A DNA stretch of 64,000 bases. Origin: a virus (lineage: Duplodnaviria; Caudoviricetes). The position numbers and the translations under genes are program-made. The stretch is taken from the IMG/VR virus record IMGVR_UViG_2775506767_000005, positions 10,694-74,693 of that record. One strand, given 5' to 3'. The notes beneath the pieces are model-generated. The model was given only the letters and a program-made list of their open reading frames with translations. It searched no databases and had not been told where the DNA came from. Shown in pieces: positions 42,314-50,204 of this stretch; position 1 is the stretch's first letter, and each line of letters begins with the position of its first letter.

Positions 42314-43006
42314 TCAGCGGGCGATGATGCTCCACCCCGTCCCAGGTCCCTCGACCTGCCAGCGCCTTCCCCAGTTTTTCTCGCTGTATCGAACTGCTTG
42401 GCCTGCCGTGATCCAGGTATCGACGTAGCCACCCTCCACGAGGTTGGCTTCACCGAAGGGATCGTTCACAACCGCTGACTCGCCCTCAAGGCCAATCACA
42501 CAGGACCAGTGACCGCCGCCCGAAGGGGAGGAGACATGGCCTTTATGCAGCCAGCCACAGGGAACGGGGAAGCCCTGACGGATCTGATCCTCGAGCGTTT
42601 CCCAGCTTGCATCGGTGACGAATTCGACGTCTAATCCGTAAGAGCGGAGCGCTGAGATCTGAGCGCTCGAATCCGTTGTATCTCCGTAATGCTCGACGGT
42701 CTCCAGATATTCGAGATCGCCGTTAGGGCCGCTGAGAGTCCCTGGGCGCAGGTACTCGAGCAGCATCGCGCAAGTAGTTGTGAAGCATTGCCTATATCCA
42801 TGAGGCCCGTTGTCGAGCTGGATCATGTGGCGCACTTTCAGGACGCGATCGGATGACTCGAGACCGTTCCTATAGATACGTGCGAACTCATCCAACTCCT
42901 CGAGCGTTAGCAGGTCCTCGAGGTATTCGAAGGCCTGGACCTGATGGGGCTCACCCTTGTAATAGGTGGCCGCATTAACCAGAGAGATCGAGTTGTCGGC
43001 TGCCAT
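42314..43006 (-). CDS. Endolysin, C39-like cysteine peptidase
   Basis: Q.DN..GYRQCFTTTCAM, GGGHWS.VIG, VNDPFGE. Confidence 0.85.
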   Translation of the reverse strand: MAADNSISLVNAATYYKGEPHQVQAFEYLEDLLTLEELDEFARIYRNGLESSDRVLKVRHMIQLDNGPHGYRQCFTTTCAMLLEYLRPGTLSGPNGDLEYLETVEHYGDTTDSSAQISALRSYGLDVEFVTDASWETLEDQIRQGFPVPCGWLHKGHVSSPSGGGHWSCVIGLEGESAVVNDPFGEANLVEGGYVDTWITAGQAVRYSEKNWGRRWQVEGPGTGWSIIAR

Positions 43007-43052
43007 GGTCGTCTCCGAATCACGCCAGGGTTCCGATCAGATCGTCAGCCGC

Positions 43053-43367
43053 TTAACGCCACCTGCGGTCCTGCTGCTCTCGAAGTCTTCTCAGTTCGAC
43101 CGCTTGATCGTTTACGTGAAAATCCATCCGCTCTGATAAATATTTAACGTCTTTTTTAATCTCCGACATGCTGTCGAAGAGGCGATTCATTGCACCTTCA
43201 AAATCGTGCTTCGTGATGTAATCCTCAGCTACCTTAAGCTCAACAGAATCAATTTTTTGTAAGGCCGTTTCTGCGACCGCTCTGGCCTCCTCCGTTCTCT
43301 TAAATGTAAAAGCGCCCCAACCGAGAACACTAGAACAAACAGCAGCAATGACGAATTCAGGTAACAC
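43053..43367 (-). CDS. Holin-like membrane protein (TM plus coiled coil)
   Basis: Hydrophobic N-terminus; upstream of the endolysin; start GTG 43367 set by promoter GGAAACCT. Confidence 0.55.
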   Translation of the reverse strand: MLPEFVIAAVCSSVLGWGAFTFKRTEEARAVAETALQKIDSVELKVAEDYITKHDFEGAMNRLFDSMSEIKKDVKYLSERMDFHVNDQAVELRRLREQQDRRWR

Positions 43368-43572
43368 GGACTGAAGACAGTTAACCAAGGTTTCCGGCTT
43401 CAATTAATGAAAAAGGGGACTTAGCCCCCAATTTCTCGAATGAGTCTTTGCGCCTGTTTTTTGTCGATACCTTCGGGCGCATTTCGCAAGCATCGAATCA
43501 TTACTTCCTGATCGCTAATGGGCAGCCGCTTGACTCGCCCATTGCTGCCAATAGGGCTCTCTACTTTCTCCA

Positions 43573-43803
43573 CTACTCAGAAAAGCGACGGCGCGGGGCC
43601 TTCTTCTTGGGCGCCTCTTCGACCTGCTCAGCAGCAGGAGTTTCCTTCACTTCCTCGACGACTGGCTCTTCTTTCTTGGGGGCCTCATCGACGCCGTTTT
43701 TCTTGGTCGTGATAGCGCCGAGCTCTAAAGCCTCGAGGGCATCGGCTGGGTGGTAAAACTCGACGACGTTGCCGGCTAAGTCGTAGTAGGTGGGCTGGGC
43801 CAT
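43573..43803 (-). CDS. Small charged late protein
   Basis: Late promoter at 43837-43830; Glu/Lys-rich tail. Confidence 0.6.
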   Translation of the reverse strand: MAQPTYYDLAGNVVEFYHPADALEALELGAITTKKNGVDEAPKKEEPVVEEVKETPAAEQVEEAPKKKAPRRRFSE

Positions 43804-43977
43804 GGTGGGCTGTGAAATCACTTCGACTCAGTGTTCCGAGCCTCTCCGTTTTGACCTGGGAACCCTGTTATGTGAAGTCCTGTTGAGATGGGGAGGGGGA
43901 TAGTGTGTTGAGACTTATGGGGAGACTTTTAAAACTACCCCTAGTCTATGACTGGGATCTAAGCGAATCAAAGCCCT

Positions 43978-44019
43978 CTTTTAACCGGCTGGTCCTGAGT
44001 TCGAATCTCAGGCGACCCA
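43978..44019 (+). mobile_element. attP core = 3' half of a tRNA-Lys(UUU)
   Basis: CTTTTAA-CCGGC-TGGTC-CTGAG-TTCGAAT-CTCAG-GCGACCC-A: anticodon loop, T arm and 3' acceptor strand only; 200 bp upstream of the integrase and followed by a terminator. Confidence 0.85.
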
Positions 44020-44029
44020 TTCACCATGA

Positions 44030-44053
44030 CCCCCTGGAAATAGGGGGTTTTTT
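44030..44053 (+). terminator. Terminator after the att core
   Basis: CCCCCT-GGAAAT-AGGGGG-TTTTTT. Confidence 0.8.
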
Positions 44054-44216
44054 AATGCCTGACTGGCGGGTTCGGAAACGAATAGGGCCTCGCCTGCCTG
44101 TTCGAAGCCGTACAGATATGGCCTCGAAAACCCTGTTCCGGACAGTTTGGGGTGAACGAGTCACACCATTCTTCTCCCCACATCTCCGGTAAACTGAAAA
44201 AGCTGAAAGGCCACAG

Positions 44217-45710
44217 ATGGCAGCCTCAAAGAGACCGCTCGACCAAGCCAATGGGCAGCTTGCGGCCGTGGGATGCAGGTGGCGGATCCGAGAAGAGAGA
44301 CGAGTAAATCATTACTACGTCCGAGGCACGCGAGGCGATGACCGAGGTAAGTCTCGACCAGCTCGCAGTTTTCGCGTTGATGAGCCTGGCGACCTCGAGC
44401 GACTGACCACCGCCTTGCTGGGCTGGGAGAAACAAGCCCAAAAGAGACACAGCACTCTTCACCTGGCCAGCCTTGAGCTCGATCCCGATATTGCTCCCAA
44501 GGGAAGTCAGCAGACCTGGGGGTGGATCCTTGAGCTCTACAGGCCGCTCCTCGCCCCAGGCGGCAAGCTCTCGAAGCAACTTGGAGCGTTCGGCGTCATG
44601 GGAGAGGGCGGCTATTTCTCGAAGCGTTTCACTCCACAGACGGTGGTGCGGACAGAGCACCTCGAGCAATTTGGTCTTTACACGGTCGAGTCGCTAAAGC
44701 TGAACTACCTAAATCCGGCCGTACCGAAACAGGCGAGGGAGTACAGCCGATCGGGTTTCGCCGACGCCAAGCAAATTGTCTACGACATGAGCAAGCGGGG
44801 CATCGCCGCCGCGACGCCAGCGCTCAAAGCTCAGTTAAAACTGTTGCGCAGCGAGGCGGGGGTAGCTCCGGCAGCGCCTCGATTCATGCCTACCGATGAA
44901 GAGGCTGTCGATTGGATTGATCAGCTAATGGAACTCGATCCTTTTCGGGGAAAGTTTTTTGCTTTCGTCTACACCTTCGGCCTTCGCCCTCACGAGGTTT
45001 GGCACATTAATTCCTTCCCCGGCGAGGTGAATGTCGAAAACATTTGCACTCCCAATGTCATCGAAGTGGGGACATTTGAGGGAGATGAAGAGACGAAAAC
45101 AGGCTTTCGCTTCGCAGTCGCTTGTCCTGCTGAATTGATCGACCGATGGAAGTTAAGCGACCTGGAGGTGATCAAGGGGTGGCACGAAGAGCTTCTTGAT
45201 CGCCACAAGATTAAGACGATCGAGCTATCAGATGGCCAAACTATCTATGCGAACAATCGCGCCCTAGGTAGCAAAGTTGCTCACTGGCTAAATAATAAAA
45301 CCAAACCTGATATGGAGGTGCCCGTGAAACTGTTCGGACGGATCGACTTCACGATGAAGCGGGGCCAGACGCAGAAGGCTCCAAAAAAAGGACGGGTTCA
45401 GGCGTACACGATTCGTCACATGTGGGCGCTACGCGCTAAGCGGTTGACAGCTTGGAGTACCGCAGCGAAAGCCGAGGCGATGGGTCACAGCGAATCCGTT
45501 CATTCCAAGCGCTATCTCGTCGAGGAACGTAAAGCGGACAAACTGCGGTCTTTAATCGATGCAACCGCGCCACCTGTCGAAGTAATTCCTCAAGCACCGG
45601 CAGAAGACGACGGCATTGCCAAGCTCCGCAAAGCGAAGGGCCTGCTCGATCAAGGTTTGATCACTCAAGAAAAATTTGATCTGCTACAGGACAAAGTGCT
45701 TGGCCTTTAG
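44217..45710 (+). CDS. int: Tyrosine integrase (cyanobacterial type) with C-terminal SHOCT-like tail
   Basis: GLRPHE, TKTG, YTIRHMWA, MGHS..H...Y catalytic motifs. Confidence 0.9.
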   Translation: MAASKRPLDQANGQLAAVGCRWRIREERRVNHYYVRGTRGDDRGKSRPARSFRVDEPGDLERLTTALLGWEKQAQKRHSTLHLASLELDPDIAPKGSQQTWGWILELYRPLLAPGGKLSKQLGAFGVMGEGGYFSKRFTPQTVVRTEHLEQFGLYTVESLKLNYLNPAVPKQAREYSRSGFADAKQIVYDMSKRGIAAATPALKAQLKLLRSEAGVAPAAPRFMPTDEEAVDWIDQLMELDPFRGKFFAFVYTFGLRPHEVWHINSFPGEVNVENICTPNVIEVGTFEGDEETKTGFRFAVACPAELIDRWKLSDLEVIKGWHEELLDRHKIKTIELSDGQTIYANNRALGSKVAHWLNNKTKPDMEVPVKLFGRIDFTMKRGQTQKAPKKGRVQAYTIRHMWALRAKRLTAWSTAAKAEAMGHSESVHSKRYLVEERKADKLRSLIDATAPPVEVIPQAPAEDDGIAKLRKAKGLLDQGLITQEKFDLLQDKVLGL

Positions 45711-45901
45711 ATCAGGCCGAGACGTAATTCGACTCGCTGGATATGCCAAAGAAAGACGCCCCGGCTGCTGAAGGGGTTCTTCTTCCTGTAGTGAATGCCT
45801 TCGTCAAACATCCCGCTTGTCTTCATCCGGCGCAGAGTTTTTTCGTGGACTCCGAGCATTTCGGCCATCTGATTGGTCGAGATCCACATGGTTGCAGCCA
45901 T
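45707..45901 (-). CDS. xis: Excisionase-like winged HTH
   Basis: ISTNQMAEMLGVHEKTLRRM; convergent with the integrase. Confidence 0.7.
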   Translation of the reverse strand: MAATMWISTNQMAEMLGVHEKTLRRMKTSGMFDEGIHYRKKNPFSSRGVFLWHIQRVELRLGLI

Positions 45902-45903
45902 GC

Positions 45904-46428
45904 TCAGTCCCCCAGGCTGCGATCTTTATTCCCCTGAACGCCCATGTCGCCCTGATATCGACCTGTCTGCGAATAGTTCGAATCAGGTGCCGAGTCCAGG
46001 GCACGAACGCGCAACTGGCAGAGCTCGAGACCTGGATAGATCGGGAGCACCTGGAACCTCCTGACGTTTTGGAACTCGAGGGTGATGCGGCCTGACCAGC
46101 CCGGATCGATGTAGCCGGCCAGCGCGTGCTGCCAGCCGGCGCGAGCTGCAGAACTCCGGAGACAGACTTCGGCCTCCATCCTGTCGGTCAGCATGACGAC
46201 TTCCTGGGTATGGGTCAGGATCCACTCGCCTGGGTCGACCAGGAAAGGGTTGCCGACGTGAAGGCCTGAAATATCCACCTCGTAGGTGCCGCCGCCTGGC
46301 GATTCGACGACCAGGGCTGTTCCGATACGAAGGTTTACAGAAGCAGGGTTAACGAGCGCATAGTCAGCAGGGCTCAGCCCACCATTGCGCATCCATTCCC
46401 TGAGCTGGCGGTCTACGAGGGTTGCCAT
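45904..46428 (-). CDS. dcd: dCTP deaminase
   Basis: VNPASVNLRIG, LRSSAARAG, GYIDPGWSGRITLE, Y..GRYQG. Confidence 0.92.
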   Translation of the reverse strand: MATLVDRQLREWMRNGGLSPADYALVNPASVNLRIGTALVVESPGGGTYEVDISGLHVGNPFLVDPGEWILTHTQEVVMLTDRMEAEVCLRSSAARAGWQHALAGYIDPGWSGRITLEFQNVRRFQVLPIYPGLELCQLRVRALDSAPDSNYSQTGRYQGDMGVQGNKDRSLGD

Positions 46429-46522
46429 GGTGAACTCTTGATGGGCTCAGTATATCTCGGTTCGTATCAGCATCACGCAAGGGTTCGAACCCGCATAACC
46501 TAATCCTAGCTTTTCTCTGGCC

Positions 46523-46684
46523 ATGATTTACGACGTCTGCGTCACCTGTGACGGCCAAAGGTATGAAACCGTAATCGAAGCCAGGGACATGGATCAGGCC
46601 ATTGCAAGCGTTTGCAGCGCCTACGGGGAGTGCGAGATTTCGAGCATCGCCACCCATCTCCACTACGGATCCAAGCCCTCGTGA
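46523..46684 (+). CDS. Small early protein, not in the ORF track (53 aa)
   Basis: MIYDVCVTCDGQRYETVIEARD...; its stop is the TGA of the next promoter cassette. Confidence 0.55.
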   Translation: MIYDVCVTCDGQRYETVIEARDMDQAIASVCSAYGECEISSIATHLHYGSKPS

Positions 46685-46723
46685 GTTGCACCTGTTGACA
46701 GCCTAGGGTATTCACTGCATAAT
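46682..46723 (+). promoter_or_regulatory. Early sigma70 promoter cassette (no palindrome)
   Basis: TGAGTTGCACCTG-TTGACA-17-CATAAT. Confidence 0.85.
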
Positions 46724-46746
46724 TAAATCGACAGCGAACGAGACCA

Positions 46747-47568
46747 ATGACCGCTTTCACCACCCCCGCCGAAATCGTCTCCGCCCTCACTAATCGGATC
46801 CGCACCTGCCTGTTAGGTCAGGGCTACCGCCAGGCCGAGGCCGCTCAGCAGTACGTCGGGCTGAAGGAATATGAAGCCCGCCGGAAGCTTGGCCCCCTGG
46901 TTGCCGCCAGGATTGAGAACTACTTCGGCCACACGCTTAAATCTGCCGACATTGATTTCCGCACCATCCAGAAGATCACCGAGGCCACCGTCAAGAACGC
47001 CACCGTGCTCCTCGAAGATCGCGTCTGCCGCAACATCGGCGAAGGCGAGACCCTTACCGAGATCAGCCTCGAGCTAGGCCAGGAGAACCTGATCGAGGGC
47101 GTTGTCTGCGGAGAGACCGCCCAGGGCGAACGCTTTCACATCGATGTCCACATGCTGTGGAACTACCGCTACGGAGAGAACAGCGCTAACGGCGTTTTGA
47201 CCATCTATCCGCAGTTCAGAGGCACCCGCCAAGGCGTGCCCATGGCCGGGAAGCCTCAGCAGTCCATCGCAACCGCTGCAAAGGAAGCTGCCAAGGCCGA
47301 GCGCGAGGCTGCCAAGGCTGCGCGCCGCGCAGAGCTCCGGGCAAAATTCGCCAAGGCTCCCGAGCGCCTGGCTCGTGAAATGGAGAAGGACCTCAGAGAC
47401 TGGTCAGACACCCACCCCACCGCGCCGCAGTGGGCGTTCATCCGCGACGCCGCCCGCGCCCTGACCGCAGAGCAGCTCAGCGAATGGTTCGCCGCTGGTG
47501 CCCGAACCTCCGGCGACATTGAGTCGAAGCTCAAACGCCAGTTCCGAGACCGTGTTTTGATTGCCTGA
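46747..47568 (+). CDS. Early hypothetical protein
   Basis: 273 aa after the cassette promoter. Confidence 0.75.
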   Translation: MTAFTTPAEIVSALTNRIRTCLLGQGYRQAEAAQQYVGLKEYEARRKLGPLVAARIENYFGHTLKSADIDFRTIQKITEATVKNATVLLEDRVCRNIGEGETLTEISLELGQENLIEGVVCGETAQGERFHIDVHMLWNYRYGENSANGVLTIYPQFRGTRQGVPMAGKPQQSIATAAKEAAKAEREAAKAARRAELRAKFAKAPERLAREMEKDLRDWSDTHPTAPQWAFIRDAARALTAEQLSEWFAAGARTSGDIESKLKRQFRDRVLIA

Positions 47569-47608
47569 GTTGCACGACTTGACAGATGGGGCACCTTGCC
47601 CCCATACT
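47566..47608 (+). promoter_or_regulatory. Early sigma70 promoter cassette with palindrome
   Basis: TGAGTTGCACGAC-TTGACA-18-CATACT with GGGGCA-CCT-TGCCCC. Confidence 0.85.
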
Positions 47609-47632
47609 TAAGGAGTCCCCGAGAGAAGCCAA

Positions 47633-47962
47633 GTGAACACCACTAACACCACCACCATCGAGCAACTGACCAACGGCCAAGGCGTCAACGCCCTTTGTGC
47701 TCTTACCGGTGCGCAGATCGTTTACGACGACAACGCCAACAAAGTCACGATGGTTTTCAAAAAGCAGGCCGGCCCACGCGGTGCAAAGCTCACCCACCTA
47801 CAGATCGCCTACAACACAGGCACTGATCTTTACGACATCACCGCTTACAAGCTGAACAAAAAGACCTTCCAAATGCCCACCGTCAAAGAACTGGACGGTT
47901 GCTACGGCGACATGCTCAATGAGGTCTGCGAGCGCATCACTGACCTCTGCCTGCGCTTCTGA
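47633..47962 (+). CDS. Early hypothetical protein
   Basis: AAGGAG SD, GTG start; TDLYDI..Y.DML..TDL pattern seen in early phage proteins. Confidence 0.7.
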   Translation: MNTTNTTTIEQLTNGQGVNALCALTGAQIVYDDNANKVTMVFKKQAGPRGAKLTHLQIAYNTGTDLYDITAYKLNKKTFQMPTVKELDGCYGDMLNEVCERITDLCLRF

Positions 47963-48014
47963 TCAAACGGGTCCTTCTGGACCCCTCTCTTATCACTATT
48001 CGAACCCTGATCTA

Positions 48015-48179
48015 ATGGCTCTCATTTTTTACACCGCTGTTCACGTCTGCAAGGGCCAGCAAATTGTCCAGGCCGAGACCACATTGCAGGCAGCGCAGAA
48101 GGCGGCCGCGTATTGGCGCCTGAAGACCACGGCTGGCATTGACGTCTACCGCCACGACACCGAAATCGTTCTCACCTGA
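48015..48179 (+). CDS. Early hypothetical protein
   Basis: ATG 48015. Confidence 0.55.
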   Translation: MALIFYTAVHVCKGQQIVQAETTLQAAQKAAAYWRLKTTAGIDVYRHDTEIVLT

Positions 48180-48183
48180 TGCA

Positions 48184-48351
48184 ATGGCCAATTACAGCAC
48201 CTACGTCGCCCGCCTGCGCACCGAGAACTTGATCAAGCTGATCGAGGCCACGACCCGCCACCAGGCAGGTCTCAAGCTTCCCCTGACGCAGGCCCGCAAT
48301 ATCGAGCAGCTACAGGAACTGCAGGCCGAGCTCTTCCGCCGGATTGCTTGA
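48184..48351 (+). CDS. Early hypothetical protein
   Basis: ATG 48184; stop shared with the next cassette. Confidence 0.55.
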   Translation: MANYSTYVARLRTENLIKLIEATTRHQAGLKLPLTQARNIEQLQELQAELFRRIA

Positions 48352-48391
48352 GTTACACCTCTTGACAGATGGGGCACCTTGCCCCCACAAT
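48349..48391 (+). promoter_or_regulatory. Early sigma70 promoter cassette with palindrome
   Basis: TGAGTTACACCTC-TTGACA-18-CACAAT with GGGGCA-CCT-TGCCCC. Confidence 0.8.
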
Positions 48392-48413
48392 TGATTCAAC
48401 AGCAACCAACCCG

Positions 48414-48701
48414 ATGACACGCTCAACCCAACGCACCCCCGAAGAGCTCGCAGCATTCAAGGCCGCCAACCTCGCCAACTCAACCTGCAAGGGTGGCCCG
48501 GTCATCGTCGAACCTCGCAAGGCCCCGAAAAAGTTTACGGTCACTTGGACGACACCTGAAGGCCAGTTCGGTTGGATCACAGTTCATGCCGTCAAGACTG
48601 CCGAAGCTGCGGCCGAGACATTCTTCGCAGCCCGCAACCGTGGCCAGGTCCCGACCAACGCAGATATCGAGCTGATCAAGAGGGGAGGTCAGGAGATCTG
48701 A
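48414..48701 (+). CDS. Early hypothetical protein
   Basis: ATG 48414. Confidence 0.65.
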   Translation: MTRSTQRTPEELAAFKAANLANSTCKGGPVIVEPRKAPKKFTVTWTTPEGQFGWITVHAVKTAEAAAETFFAARNRGQVPTNADIELIKRGGQEI

Positions 48702-48740
48702 GTTGCACGAGTTGACAAATGGGGCAACATGCCCCATAAT
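48699..48740 (+). promoter_or_regulatory. Early sigma70 promoter cassette with palindrome
   Basis: TGAGTTGCACGAG-TTGACA-17-CATAAT with GGGGCA-ACA-TGCCCC. Confidence 0.85.
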
Positions 48741-48762
48741 TAATTCATACGCAACCAATCCG

Positions 48763-48951
48763 ATGACCTACGTCACTCAGCGCCAGTTCCACTCAGTCAC
48801 CAAGAACGGTGTTTCGATGGGCATGGTTTTCATCGACCGCGAGGCGGCTGACAAGAACGCCGAGAGCATGAACAAGATCTGGAAGGGACAGCACACCTGG
48901 GGCGTCATCTCCTGGAACGCCGACGACTGCTTCACCAACGAGAACGCTTGA
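48763..48951 (+). CDS. Early hypothetical protein
   Basis: ATG 48763; terminator GAGGTCC-TAGAA-GGGGCCTC-T6 follows. Confidence 0.65.
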   Translation: MTYVTQRQFHSVTKNGVSMGMVFIDREAADKNAESMNKIWKGQHTWGVISWNADDCFTNENA

Positions 48952-49026
48952 AACCTGACACACGCCCAGGAGGTCCTAGAAGGGGCCTCTTTTTTATGGG
49001 TGCTTGTTCTTACACGAACAACCCTC

Positions 49027-49347
49027 CTAAGGCTCTTCTCGGTCCATGTAGGGGGCTCTCAGCCTCATCTCTCCGCCAAGCAGGGTCGCGCCCTCTTTTT
49101 TCTCCGTGAATTTGAAGTCGGCCGATGTGTCATCAGCGTCCCATTGCATTCGAAGCTGTTCGGTCTGGTGATCCACGCCGCGCATGACTAGATCGGTGCG
49201 CCAATCGGCCCAAACGTCGAGCCAATTGCTGACGATCATTTTGAGCCATCTGTTGTTTTTGTATTTACCTGAATTCCACAGGCGCCAGATCGTTTCGACC
49301 GTCAGCGCCTGAAGCAGCTCCTGCCAGGTGAAGACCCGCGAGCTCAT
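49027..49347 (-). CDS. Hypothetical Trp-rich protein
   Basis: ATG overlaps the stop of the upstream small gene. Confidence 0.6.
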   Translation of the reverse strand: MSSRVFTWQELLQALTVETIWRLWNSGKYKNNRWLKMIVSNWLDVWADWRTDLVMRGVDHQTEQLRMQWDADDTSADFKFTEKKEGATLLGGEMRLRAPYMDREEP

Positions 49348-49490
49348 TTGTCGGTGTGGGATTTATGGGGGAATACCTCGCGAGCCATGGCCAAAACCTG
49401 CTCGACGATCCCGTTCCCTTTGAGCGGGGTATAGGGGAGGACCTCGCTCACGACGAGGAGGAGCAGTCCCAGAATTGCAGCGGTTTCCAT
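49344..49490 (-). CDS. 48-aa single-TM holin-like protein, not in the ORF track
   Basis: METAAILGLLLLVVSEVLPYTPLKGNGIVEQVL...; late promoter at 49522-49515. Confidence 0.65.
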   Translation of the reverse strand: METAAILGLLLLVVSEVLPYTPLKGNGIVEQVLAMAREVFPHKSHTDK

Positions 49491-49524
49491 GAAAAATGGA
49501 GCGATATTCGCGTCAGGGTTCCGA

Positions 49525-49812
49525 TCACTTGATCAGTCGGACGTCGTACACCCGAAAAACCTCGGCGACGATTCGATCGACGTCTTGAGGGCTGAGTCCC
49601 TCAGGTTCCAGATCGAGATAATCCCGAACAACCATCTCAGGGCTGAATGCGATTCCGGCGCCCAAAAACATCTGGTCAAGACGCTTGCAACAGGGGGCCA
49701 CGTAAAGGCTTAGCAAGTTTTGCCCGATCTTCCGGGCGACAGGTTCGACGATCGACTTGTTAATGACCAACGCCCCGAAGCCACCGAGGAGGCTGTAGAC
49801 AAAGCTCTTCAC
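49525..49812 (-). CDS. Hypothetical protein
   Basis: Coupled at the end of the replication operon. Confidence 0.6.
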   Translation of the reverse strand: MKSFVYSLLGGFGALVINKSIVEPVARKIGQNLLSLYVAPCCKRLDQMFLGAGIAFSPEMVVRDYLDLEPEGLSPQDVDRIVAEVFRVYDVRLIK

Positions 49813-50204
49813 TCCTCTTCCTCGTCCTCGAAAGTCACATCAACGGAGACACCAGCGCCTAGGACGAGGCTCCCGAACCACTCAGCAATATCGTCATTTT
49901 CCCAGCCGTGGTCCTCATAGAGCGCGTTTGCCGCGACCTCGAGAGCTGGCCCATGTGACTCATCGAATCCGCCGGTCTGCTCGGCTTCCGCCTTGACAGA
50001 AAGAGTTGACCTCAGCAGCTCGAGCTCCACGAGGTCATCCCACTGATCCCCAAGCGCAACATCAAAACGCAGCCTCTCAGGGTCGATCCTGGAGAGGATT
50101 GCACGCATCAACGATGAGAATTGTTCGGTGAATTTTTCAATATCTGCCAAGCCTTTTTCTGAGATCCAGATGGCCACCTGATAGGCCCTGCTCGGTTCGC
50201 TCAT
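49809..50204 (-). CDS. Hypothetical acidic protein
   Basis: Overlaps the primase stop. Confidence 0.6.
   Translation of the reverse strand: MSEPSRAYQVAIWISEKGLADIEKFTEQFSSLMRAILSRIDPERLRFDVALGDQWDDLVELELLRSTLSVKAEAEQTGGFDESHGPALEVAANALYEDHGWENDDIAEWFGSLVLGAGVSVDVTFEDEEEE

Noticed and set aside
43947-44019. Complete phage tRNA-Lys gene
   Set aside because: The 5' acceptor strand (GGGTCGC) and D arm are missing; only the 3' half is present, consistent with attP
43905-44192. 95-aa ORF across attP
   Set aside because: Spans the att core and a terminator; it would be split on integration
46470-46500. tRNA T-loop-like GGGTTCGAACCC
   Set aside because: No cloverleaf; it is one of the intergenic RTTCGAAY palindromes
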